Shown in pieces: positions 1 to 6,887 of a stretch of DNA of 36,829 bases (within the stretch, counting starts at the first letter, position 1; every line of letters begins with the position of its first letter). Both the position numbers and the translations under genes were made by a program. The stretch lies in the NCBI GenBank assembly GCA_964440725.1, contig CAYTTL010000003.1, forward strand, positions 1-36,829. The letters run 5' to 3'. Under the pieces are notes generated by a model that made no database searches, had not been told where the DNA came from, and saw nothing but the letters and a program-made list of their open reading frames with translations. The stretch is from an uncultured Acidimicrobiales bacterium. GTDB lineage: Bacteria > Actinomycetota > Acidimicrobiia > Acidimicrobiales > AC-14.

Positions 1-55
1 GAGCTGGTCCCGGAGCTGGCCCCCGAGCTGGCCCCGGAGCTGGTCCCAGAGCTGG
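1..55. repeat. Exact 55-nt terminal direct repeat (identical to 36775..36829)
   Basis: Direct string comparison of both ends gives GAGCTGGTCCCGGAGCTGGCCCCCGAGCTGGCCCCGGAGCTGGTCCCAGAGCTGG at each. The same string also recurs at 181..235. Confidence 0.97.
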
Positions 56-252
56 CCCCCGAGCTGGTCCCGGAGCTGGCCCCGGAGCTGGTCCCGGAGC
101 TGGTCCCGGAGCTGGTCCCCGAGCTGGCCCCAGAGCTGGCCCCCGAGCTGGTCCCGGAGCTGGCCCCCGAGCTGGTCCCGGAGCTGGTCCCGGAGCTGGC
201 CCCCGAGCTGGCCCCGGAGCTGGTCCCAGAGCTGGCCCCCGAGCTGGTCCCC
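1..252 (-). repeat. 12-nt tandem repeat, 21 units, coding (xxQL tetrapeptides on the minus strand)
   Basis: Contiguous units GAGCTGG[T/C]CCC[G/A/C]. Block 1..60 is repeated exactly at 181..240. Confidence 0.97.
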
Positions 253-513
253 CGAAGGGGGGACGTTCTTGGCTCGGGGGCCAGCTCCCGTCGGCAGTTG
301 GCTGACAAGCCAACTGCCCAGGCAGCCGGCCCACGGGCTGTCGAGCCACACGATCACCGGCGCTGGCAACCCGATCGCCGCGTAGGCCTCGGTCACGCCG
401 GCGGCGGCGACCGCGCGATCGGCGGGGCCGGTGGCCAGGCCGGCGCTCAACCACTGCTGGCGGGCGTCGACGAGGCGCGCGAGCTCGCCGTCGTCGAGAG
501 GTGAGGTTCGCAT
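1..513 (-). CDS. 5' part of the repeat-containing early protein (N-terminal domain plus xxQL repeats); continues off the window start
   Basis: ATG at 513..511, 25 nt after the stop of the upstream gene. Translates [91 protein letters not shown], then runs in frame into the repeat. Absent from the ORF track because no stop lies in the window. Confidence 0.7.
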   Translation of the reverse strand, partial: MRTSPLDDGELARLVDARQQWLSAGLATGPADRAVAAAGVTEAYAAIGLPAPVIVWLDSPWAGCLGSWLVSQLPTGAGPRAKNVPPSGDQLGGQLWDQLRGQLGGQLRDQLRDQLGGQLRDQLGGQLWGQLGDQLRDQLRDQLRGQLRDQLGGQLWDQLRGQLGGQLRDQL

Positions 514-538
514 GGGCTCGGGAAGGGCGGGGGAAGGG

Positions 539-958
539 TCAGTCGGCCACGAGGCGGGACTCGTCGGCCTGCTGGCGCTGGCGGCCCAGGGTGTAGGAGC
601 CGGAGCCGATGCCCGAGGCGCCGTGCTCGGGGTGCAGCAGGTAGGCCACCGCCCCCTCGCTGACCTGGATGTAGCCGAGGACGGTACCGGTGGGCCCGCC
701 CGCGACGGGGGCCCAGGACACGTCGCCCTCGGCGACGAGCAGGTGGGTGTTGCCGCCGACCTCGCCCCGTACCACGCCCACGCCGGCGGGCGGAACCTTG
801 GTACCCGGCTTGCGGGGACCCTGGATGGGAACGACGATCACGTCGCCCTGCACCTGGGTCTGGCCCGAGACGACAGGCACCTCGGCCTGGGCCTCGAGGT
901 GGGCGGGGATCTCGACGTCGTGGGCCGTGAGGACCTCGGCGTATGTGGTGGTGCTCAT
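539..958 (-). CDS. Hypothetical protein, 139 aa
   Basis: ATG at 958 forms an ATGA overlap with the stop of the 955..2013 gene. High third-position G+C. Begins MSTTTYAEVLTAHDVEIP. The longer track ORF (to 1159) overlaps the upstream gene. Confidence 0.8.
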   Translation of the reverse strand: MSTTTYAEVLTAHDVEIPAHLEAQAEVPVVSGQTQVQGDVIVVPIQGPRKPGTKVPPAGVGVVRGEVGGNTHLLVAEGDVSWAPVAGGPTGTVLGYIQVSEGAVAYLLHPEHGASGIGSGSYTLGRQRQQADESRLVAD

Positions 959-2013
959 GGGGCAGTGCTCCCTTTGCTTGGGACCGGAGCGGCGGTGCCG
1001 ACCCGGTCGTGAAACGCCCGACGGACTGCCGGGACGTCGGTCTTGTGCACTGCGTCGACCCTGGAGACGCGCCCGCCGGTGGCCGCGGCTAGCAGTGCGG
1101 AGATGTCGTCTTCGCTCATGTGAGCCGCCCGCGCGGCGCGGATGAACCGCCGGCGCCACTCGACGTCGACGAGGACCTCGTCCGCCTCGGTGAACAGCGG
1201 CGGCGGCGCGGGCCCGGCGGCCGCAGGGGTCGTGGATTCCTGCGGCCGCGGACCGGCGGGTGGATCAGGCGCCGGCGGGCTCAGCGTCGCCGGCGGGACG
1301 ACGTCGCCGGCGGCGAGCTCACCGGGCCGCGCGCCGGCAGCGAGCTCGGCGAGGGTCCCCCGCAGCCGGAGGACGGGGACGTTGAACTTGCGCTCGTAGG
1401 GCTCCCACGCCTTCTTGAGGCGACGCTCCTCGATGCCGAGACTCGCCTCGACCAGCTGGGCCCGACGGTTGATGGAGCCGATGCCTGCCAGCAGGTCGGC
1501 CTGGGCGCCGAGCTCGGAGACGGCGATCTCGGAGTGCGACGTGCACAGCCAGATCCCGAGGCCGGGGATGTCGGGCAGGACCACCCGCACCCGCACGGTG
1601 GCCACGCAGGCGCCCTTCTCGCGGTCCTCGTGGGGCACCAGGTTCTGCGCGGCGCACCGGCAGTCCATCTCCAGCAGCGACCCCATGGCCGGGACCATGC
1701 AGCGCAGGCCGTCGCAGCGCTGGGTGAGGCCTCCCGAGCCCCAGCGCTCGTAGGCGGTCTCGATGGCATCGGGAGGTAGCAGGACCGAGATCTCGGCCGC
1801 GTCGGAGAGGAGCTGCCAGACCTGCTCGCCCCTCACCCACCGCTCGACGGTGCCGCCGTAGCGCATGACCACCGCGCCCAGGGCCTCGCCGTCGTTGGAC
1901 GTGAACCGGAAGGCCGACAGCGGCTTGCCCGGCTTGCCCTCGTCCTCGGGGGCCTCGTCGCCCAGGCGGATCCGCCCGAGCGTCGGGTAGCGGACGGGGA
2001 GGTTGCGGATCAC
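955..2013 (-). CDS. Early protein, possibly phiC31 gp3-like (recombination directionality factor-like family); function uncertain
   Basis: 352-aa ORF with a GTG start in a GTGA overlap. N-terminus GRIRLGDE..GKPGKPLSAFRFTSNDGEALGAVVMRYGGTVERW and Cys cluster CDGLRC..CRC resemble my recollection of the gp3-like family. Needs HMM confirmation. Confidence 0.8.
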   Translation of the reverse strand: MIRNLPVRYPTLGRIRLGDEAPEDEGKPGKPLSAFRFTSNDGEALGAVVMRYGGTVERWVRGEQVWQLLSDAAEISVLLPPDAIETAYERWGSGGLTQRCDGLRCMVPAMGSLLEMDCRCAAQNLVPHEDREKGACVATVRVRVVLPDIPGLGIWLCTSHSEIAVSELGAQADLLAGIGSINRRAQLVEASLGIEERRLKKAWEPYERKFNVPVLRLRGTLAELAAGARPGELAAGDVVPPATLSPPAPDPPAGPRPQESTTPAAAGPAPPPLFTEADEVLVDVEWRRRFIRAARAAHMSEDDISALLAAATGGRVSRVDAVHKTDVPAVRRAFHDRVGTAAPVPSKGSTAP

Positions 2014-2120
2014 CGAGGCGCCTCATGCTTCTCGCCCAAGGCGATCGCCCGCCCCACGAGGACGGCCACGACGAAGGCACCGGCCAAGTAACACAGGGCG
2101 AAGGCGAGGAGCCGGATCAC
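2010..2120 (-). CDS. Small membrane protein, 36 aa
   Basis: GTG at 2120 in a GTGA overlap with the upstream stop, and its own stop in a GTGA overlap with the 2013 start. Sequence VIRLLAFALCYLAGAFVVAVLVGRAIALGEKHEAPR contains one clear TM helix. Confidence 0.55.
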   Translation of the reverse strand: MIRLLAFALCYLAGAFVVAVLVGRAIALGEKHEAPR

Positions 2121-2404
2121 CGTCGGCCACCACTGGCTCGGGGGCCCGGGCGGGGTACGTTCGGGGTGTCGGTGCCCCGGATGCGCGCCTCGGACGACCG
2201 GCTGGGGGGGGCCGCCCTGTCGCGCGCTTGTACCCCGCTCGGGGATTGCCGCCGCCGGCGGCCGGAGGTCGGCTCCGGCCGTTGTGCGCGGGAGGATCCG
2301 GCGGCGGACATCTTGGACCCGATGCCGCCGAGGGCATCGAGGGCTGATCGGAAGGCAGCCACGGAGCGGGCGTCCTGGGCCCACCCGCTGTCGTTGTGCC
2401 TCAT
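2117..2404 (-). CDS. Hypothetical protein, 95 aa
   Basis: ATG at 2404 in an ATGA overlap with the upstream stop. High GC3 throughout the frame. Confidence 0.6.
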   Translation of the reverse strand: MRHNDSGWAQDARSVAAFRSALDALGGIGSKMSAAGSSRAQRPEPTSGRRRRQSPSGVQARDRAAPPSRSSEARIRGTDTPNVPRPGPRASGGRR

Positions 2405-2649
2405 GGCTGGGTCTCCCGGGCGGCCGCCTCGTCAAACAGGCGTAGGGCGTAGTAGAAGACCGCTGGCCGGGCCCGGGTGAGATCGGCGAAGGTCGACACC
2501 GGGGGGCGCTCGTGGTGGCCGGCCTGGGCGATCAGGCGCTCGGCCTCTTCGTCGGCGAGCAGGAGGATGGACGCCACCGTCCGGCCGACCTCCTCGCCGG
2601 TGCGTCCGGGGGAGCCGTAGGTTGGCTGGCGCAGCGCGGTCTCGCTCAC
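2401..2649 (-). CDS. Hypothetical protein, 82 aa
   Basis: GTG at 2649 in a GTGA overlap with the stop of 2646..2975. This is the track ORF 2401..2679 trimmed to the coupled start. Confidence 0.65.
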   Translation of the reverse strand: MSETALRQPTYGSPGRTGEEVGRTVASILLLADEEAERLIAQAGHHERPPVSTFADLTRARPAVFYYALRLFDEAAARETQP

Positions 2650-2975
2650 GTCGCCAGCGCCTTGGCGCACTTCCGGCACGACCGGGGGTCCGCGGCATCG
2701 AAGCGGCCGCCGGAGTCACGCCAGCGGACCCGGGCACCACAGGCCGCCCGGAAGCTCACGCCGGTCTCGGCGTATCGCGGCGCCGGCACGGCCAGGGCGT
2801 GGAGGGTGGCCTCGGTGTCGATTCGGTTGCGCGTCCCGCTGTGGGCGCTCCAGCAAGGGACCCAGATCCCGTCGCAGCGGCTGCTGGGAGCACCCCCCCG
2901 AGGCACACGGGTGGCGGGTCCCTGGCCTCCAAAGGGGGCGCTCGCAGCAGCCGCTGCGACGGGGCGGCGGGTCAT
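2646..2975 (-). CDS. Hypothetical Cys-containing protein, 109 aa
   Basis: ATG at 2975 in an ATGA overlap. C-terminal motif CRKC. Confidence 0.65.
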   Translation of the reverse strand: MTRRPVAAAAASAPFGGQGPATRVPRGGAPSSRCDGIWVPCWSAHSGTRNRIDTEATLHALAVPAPRYAETGVSFRAACGARVRWRDSGGRFDAADPRSCRKCAKALAT

Positions 2976-3184
2976 GCGGCCGCCTTTGCGGGCAAGATCG
3001 TCGCCAGCCCGACGGTGTCGGTGGGGCAGGGCTGGCGGTCGAGTCCGTTGTGCCGACGCAAGTACGCGTACTGGTGACGCCGGCCGTTCGCGTCGGGGAG
3101 CGAGACGTGGATCGGGTCACGGTGGAGGGCGGCGACTGAGCGCCCACAGGTCGGGCACGTGAAGCGGGGCCAGGGCGGGCTCAC
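2972..3184 (-). CDS. Hypothetical small protein with CPTC motif, 70 aa
   Basis: GTG at 3184 in a GTGA overlap. Sequence includes FTCPTCGRSV. Confidence 0.65.
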   Translation of the reverse strand: MSPPWPRFTCPTCGRSVAALHRDPIHVSLPDANGRRHQYAYLRRHNGLDRQPCPTDTVGLATILPAKAAA

Positions 3185-3417
3185 AGGACGATCCGCAGTG
3201 GGTAGGCGGCGAGGTCACCGTTGAGGGGGTCACGGCAGGTGGCCAGCTCGGCCTCGAACTCGGACTGGTCGGCGTCGCGGTGGACCGCGACGCGGGTGAT
3301 GAAGGCGTGCACGTCGATGCCGCTCGAGGTCCGGCCCTCCCAGACGCGGGCGGGCATCACAACCCCGTCGAGCTCGAGCTCGACCGTCCTGGTCGTGGAC
3401 TCCAACTCGATCTTCAC
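3181..3417 (-). CDS. Hypothetical protein, 78 aa
   Basis: GTG at 3417 in a GTGA overlap with the stop of the 3414..5480 gene. Protein-like composition. Confidence 0.75.
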   Translation of the reverse strand: MKIELESTTRTVELELDGVVMPARVWEGRTSSGIDVHAFITRVAVHRDADQSEFEAELATCRDPLNGDLAAYPLRIVL

Positions 3418-5480
3418 GACGCCGCCGCCCTCGGCCGGGCATTCCAGGTCCAGCCGGGCACCCGCTCAAGGGCCTCGACACGATCCGCGGCCAGACGTCC
3501 CCGACGGTGGGCCATGCGCTGTCCGGTGGCCCAGGACGCGAGGGGCGCGGGGAGCCGGAGCCGCTGGCCCTCCCGGTGATGGCGGATGGCGAAGGCGAAC
3601 AGCTTGTCGAGGTTCTCCTCCCACGCCGCCTCGTCGGTGTCCCACACCCAGCCCGGCACCACGTCGAGGCGGCGGATCCGGTCGGCCGTCATCGTCGATC
3701 GAGGCCGGGAACCGATCACGTTCTGGCGCTGCCTCGATGCCCAGGATCCGACCTTGAACCCGGCGTAGGTCTCCTTCTGGGGGGGCAGGCGGCCGTGTGC
3801 CTCCACGAAGGCCCTCAGGTGCAGCAGCCCCTCGTCCCACGCCGCGTCGTACACGGCGAAGTAGTCGTCGACCCACCCGGGCAGGGCGCGTAGGCGGGCG
3901 ATCCGGTCGTCTCGGAGGCTGCCCTCGCGGATCCGGCTGCGCTGCTTGTTGCACCACCGGCCGATCAGGAAACCGTCGATCGAGTCGCTGGCCGTGGGGT
4001 CGGCGGAGCCGTGGTCGGCGACCCAGCGCTCGAGCTTGGCGAAACTCTCGTCCCACTGCCGGTCCTTGGTGTTCCAACACCAGCCGGGGATGGCCTCGAG
4101 GGCGGCGATGCGGTCGGGGTACAGGTTCAGCCGGTGCCCGTCGTGGTCGGTGCGAGCGGCACGGCAGGAGTTGAGGAACAGGCCCGGTTTCTGGCCCCGC
4201 CACTCCTCAAGGTGGTGGGGGTCGCGGCCGTGGGTGACCATGAACTCGCGCAGCAGGTCGAACTTGGCCCACCAGCCCTCGTCACGCGGGTCCCATCTCC
4301 AGCACCCCACCGCCTCGAGGGCCTGCGTGCGCTCCTTGGCCAGCAGTCCCCGCCGGCGCAGCGTCCGCTGGACAGTGCACCACGCCCCGAGGGAGAAAGT
4401 GCCCGAGTCGTCGGGGACCTTGGTGCCCTGGCCGGGAAGTGCTCCCGTCTCGGCGACGTAGTCGAGCAGGCGCCCGTAGGCCTCGTCCCAGGAGGGGGTC
4501 GCCTCGCGGACCAGGTGCAGTGCCATGGCGCCGGCGAGATCACCCGTGGCCCCTCCAGGAACGTGCATCTCCACCCGCGACCGCAGCAGCCCGTGAGCGG
4601 CCCGGCGGCGCAGCGCCGCCCCGAGCCTGACAGCCGGCTGGACCCGGGTCCCCAGCTGGCGGCGGGTGGTGGCCAGGCGCGCCGACAACTCGTCGTCGTG
4701 GGACGACAGCGCCCGCCCGCCCCACCATCCCTCGCGCTCGCCGTTGTAGAGGGCCGAGCCCAGGCACGCCGACTTCACCGGGCACCCGTCGCAGATGGCA
4801 CGGAGGGGCCTCGTGTCGCAGCCGCGGCCCGGGTAGAACTGGTTCGGGTCCAGCCCGGCGCACGGGGCGTCGTCCCACCACCCCGGGGCGGCCTCGTCGG
4901 GACCACCCGGGAGCAAGGCCAAAGCGACGGCCATACCCAGCACGTCCTCGTCAACGCCGGAGGCGGCCGAGGCCTCGGCCAGGACCAGGGGCTCCAGTGC
5001 TGGTGCGGCCACGCTCATGGCGCAGTCGCGGGTTCGGGCCAGCTGAACGCCGACCAGGTCAGGTGGATGGTCTCGCCCCGACCACTCGCTGGCGCCGAGG
5101 GGCTCACGGCGCAGCGCCCGGAACCGCGCAGCGGGCCTGGACCCCTCGTCGTCGATCTCGACGTCGAGGCCGCACCCCGCAGGGAGGACGTCGATCACGG
5201 CGCAGACCTGGCGGGCGCTCACGACGCCGCCGACCGGAGCTGCTCGGGAAGCAGGGCGACCGGGGATGAGGCGCGGCGGGACGAGGTCGCGGCGAGGGCG
5301 GGCCAAGTGGTCCATCACGTCGACGTGGTGGCGGTGCTGGGCGACCGCCTCGCGCTGGCGTCGACGAGGGACCCCCCGCCACGAGCAACCACCACAGGAG
5401 GGCGCCCACCGGTGGACGTGGCCGAGGCCGCGATCGGTAAGGACGAGGGGGTGGTGCCGCCGTCTCCGCCGCCGGGCCAT
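3414..5480 (-). CDS. Large early protein: Arg/His-rich N-terminal region, WhiB-like 4-Cys domain, five helicase-associated (HA) domain-like repeats
   Basis: 688-aa ORF with high GC3 from 5480. Aa ~201-256 read APCAGLD..GRGCDTRPLRAICDGCPVKSACL..GWWGG (WhiB-like CxxCx5C plus G-W-GG). Five repeats of the W..f..L..F...G......G..LG.W...QR......L...R...L..hPGW.W pattern fill aa ~330-680. The start is coupled (TGATG) to the small upstream ORF. Confidence 0.85.
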   Translation of the reverse strand: MARRRRRRHHPLVLTDRGLGHVHRWAPSCGGCSWRGVPRRRQREAVAQHRHHVDVMDHLARPRRDLVPPRLIPGRPASRAAPVGGVVSARQVCAVIDVLPAGCGLDVEIDDEGSRPAARFRALRREPLGASEWSGRDHPPDLVGVQLARTRDCAMSVAAPALEPLVLAEASAASGVDEDVLGMAVALALLPGGPDEAAPGWWDDAPCAGLDPNQFYPGRGCDTRPLRAICDGCPVKSACLGSALYNGEREGWWGGRALSSHDDELSARLATTRRQLGTRVQPAVRLGAALRRRAAHGLLRSRVEMHVPGGATGDLAGAMALHLVREATPSWDEAYGRLLDYVAETGALPGQGTKVPDDSGTFSLGAWCTVQRTLRRRGLLAKERTQALEAVGCWRWDPRDEGWWAKFDLLREFMVTHGRDPHHLEEWRGQKPGLFLNSCRAARTDHDGHRLNLYPDRIAALEAIPGWCWNTKDRQWDESFAKLERWVADHGSADPTASDSIDGFLIGRWCNKQRSRIREGSLRDDRIARLRALPGWVDDYFAVYDAAWDEGLLHLRAFVEAHGRLPPQKETYAGFKVGSWASRQRQNVIGSRPRSTMTADRIRRLDVVPGWVWDTDEAAWEENLDKLFAFAIRHHREGQRLRLPAPLASWATGQRMAHRRGRLAADRVEALERVPGWTWNARPRAAAS

Positions 5481-5590
5481 CAGAAGACCCTGTCCAGCAG
5501 CCAGAACAGCGCGCCCAGAAGAGCGACTACGACGAGGATCTCGACGTCATCGCCGAACCACCTGTTCACGGCGTCGCCGAACTCGCCCAT
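5480..5590 (-). CDS. Small membrane protein, 36 aa
   Basis: ATG at 5590. Sequence MGEFGDAVNRWFGDDVEILVVVALLGALFWLLDRVF. Its stop overlaps the ATG of the 688-aa gene (TGATG). Below the ORF-track cutoff. Confidence 0.5.
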   Translation of the reverse strand: MGEFGDAVNRWFGDDVEILVVVALLGALFWLLDRVF

Positions 5591-5605
5591 CAGGCCGCGA
5601 ACTCC

Positions 5606-6046
5606 GTGAGCACGGGTTCAGGGATCGGGCGTAGATTCGGCGGCGTGTCGGCGACCTGGCGGATTGCGCTCGCCCTTACCGTTGCCGTGTTGACAGCCTG
5701 CGGCGGGAGCTCGGACGAAGCCCCAGAGGGTCCGCGCGGCTCCCCGGTGACCGAGGTCCTCAAAGGGACCTTCGTCTCGCCAGACACCGGATGCGGGGGG
5801 TACACCACCTTCAATGCTGGACAGGCTGCGTCGTCCAGGACAGCAGCCACCGCATCGTCGGTAGCGGAGTCCTGGCCGAGCCGCGGCCGATGACCCGCGC
5901 TGGATATGAGCCGTACGCCTGCGCCTTTGACTTCTCGGTGCCGGACCTGCCCGAGCTCCCGTTGTACGAGCTGCGGCTCGAGAGGACCGAGCCGATCACC
6001 GTGGTGCTGACGCTGGACCAGCTTCGGGCCCGCAGCTGGTTCGTGA
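5606..6046 (+). pseudogene. Lipoprotein gene with an apparent 1-nt frameshift near 5825..5832; 3' end uncertain
   Basis: The frame from 5606 gives a signal peptide and lipobox (RIALALTVAVLTAC|GGSS) up to ..GCGGYTTFNAGQ. The protein-like sequence then continues only in the frame of ORF 5791.. (VVQDSSHRIVGSGVL..YEPYACAFDFSVPDLPELPLYELRLERTEPITVVLTLDQL). GC3 decays after ~6040. Confidence 0.55.
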
Positions 6047-6113
6047 GACCCGTTCTTCCGCTCCGCGGGCGAGCTGGTCCTGGGAGAGCCGGGCCGACCC
6101 GGTCTGCCCTGAC

Positions 6114-6359
6114 TCACGCCGCCGGCTCCTGGTTCGGCCGTGACATGGCGAGGTCCTCCCGATCCTCGGGGAACCACGCCCGCAAGGTCTCCTGCGTCAC
6201 GTCCACTTTGCCCTCCGTCGCCTCGAAGAGGGCACTGGCCACGTGCCGCCAGGCCAGGCCGTCCGCTCGACGGGACGCCACGAACTCCTCAAGCTTTCCC
6301 TCGAGTATGAGGTCAGCGAGGAGGTACTTCGGTGTCCGGGCCGGAGCGGGATCTGCCAT
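6114..6359 (-). CDS. Cro-like / early HTH DNA-binding protein, 81 aa
   Basis: Divergent from the XRE repressor gene. HTH-like segment GLAWRHVASALFEATEGKVDVTQETLRAWF. Confidence 0.75.
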   Translation of the reverse strand: MADPAPARTPKYLLADLILEGKLEEFVASRRADGLAWRHVASALFEATEGKVDVTQETLRAWFPEDREDLAMSRPNQEPAA

Positions 6360-6441
6360 GGCGCGTAGGTTTACTCCGAGAAACGGAATCGCGCAAGGGA
6401 AGATGTCAATCCGCTTGGCAACCGATTAGGTTCCGGAGTCC
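6360..6441. promoter_or_regulatory. Divergent switch region between the Cro-like and repressor-like genes
   Basis: 82-nt intergenic region of locally lower G+C. TAGGTT (6427..6432) lies 9 nt before the ATG at 6442, which could be the -10 of a near-leaderless transcript. Inverted hexamers ACTCCG and CGGAGT are present. No operator proven. Confidence 0.4.
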
Positions 6442-6882
6442 ATGACAGCCGAAGTGGCCTACCTGGAGCGTGCAGCGGAGGCGCGACGGAGCATTCCGGA
6501 GATCATCCGGCTGTTGTTGGCGGTCACGCAGCGCCCGGCCCGGGACCTCGCGGGAGCGTTGGGCATCTCGACTGGTCGGCTGTCTGAGCGCCTAACGGGG
6601 AAGGTCCGAATCACCAGCGACGAGCTGGCTGCCTGTGCGCTCTTCTTCGGCGTGGACGCCGGTGTGTTTTACCGTGACCCGGCCGACCTGCGCCGGACGA
6701 TCCTCGGGGGGGTGATTCCCCGGCCGGGCGCGGGGGCTGAAGCGGCCCATTCAGGAGCGTCTACTCTGAACGGAGATACGGTCGGGTATCGCAACACGCC
6801 TGCTCAAAGGCCGTGTGCGGAGGGTCCAAATGGCGTCGGCCTGCTACCACCGGGTGACCTGCCCAAGGCCAAGGTCGCCTAG
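6442..6882 (+). CDS. XRE-family HTH protein (candidate phage repressor)
   Basis: 146-aa ORF. HTH segment PARDLAGALGISTGRLSERLTGKVRITSDEL. Lies immediately upstream of the integrase. Confidence 0.8.
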   Translation: MTAEVAYLERAAEARRSIPEIIRLLLAVTQRPARDLAGALGISTGRLSERLTGKVRITSDELAACALFFGVDAGVFYRDPADLRRTILGGVIPRPGAGAEAAHSGASTLNGDTVGYRNTPAQRPCAEGPNGVGLLPPGDLPKAKVA

Positions 6883-6887
6883 TTCCG

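Noticed and set aside
1-252. Terminal repeat arrays as a CRISPR array
   Set aside because: The units are 12 nt and contiguous with no spacers. They lie in frame inside a protein-coding gene, and no cas genes are present.
1-252. Diversity-generating retroelement as the source of the two-position variability
   Set aside because: No reverse transcriptase ORF and no template/variable repeat pair are visible in the genome. The variable positions are not adenine-specific, being C/T/G and A/G on the coding strand.
5590-6177. 195-aa minus-strand ORF linking the Cro-like gene to the early operon
   Set aside because: It is antisense to the lipoprotein gene, which has a genuine signal peptide/lipobox and a family-like sequence. 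The minus-strand translation is Pro/Gly/Arg-rich with no features. The TGATG junction at 5590 could be coincidental.
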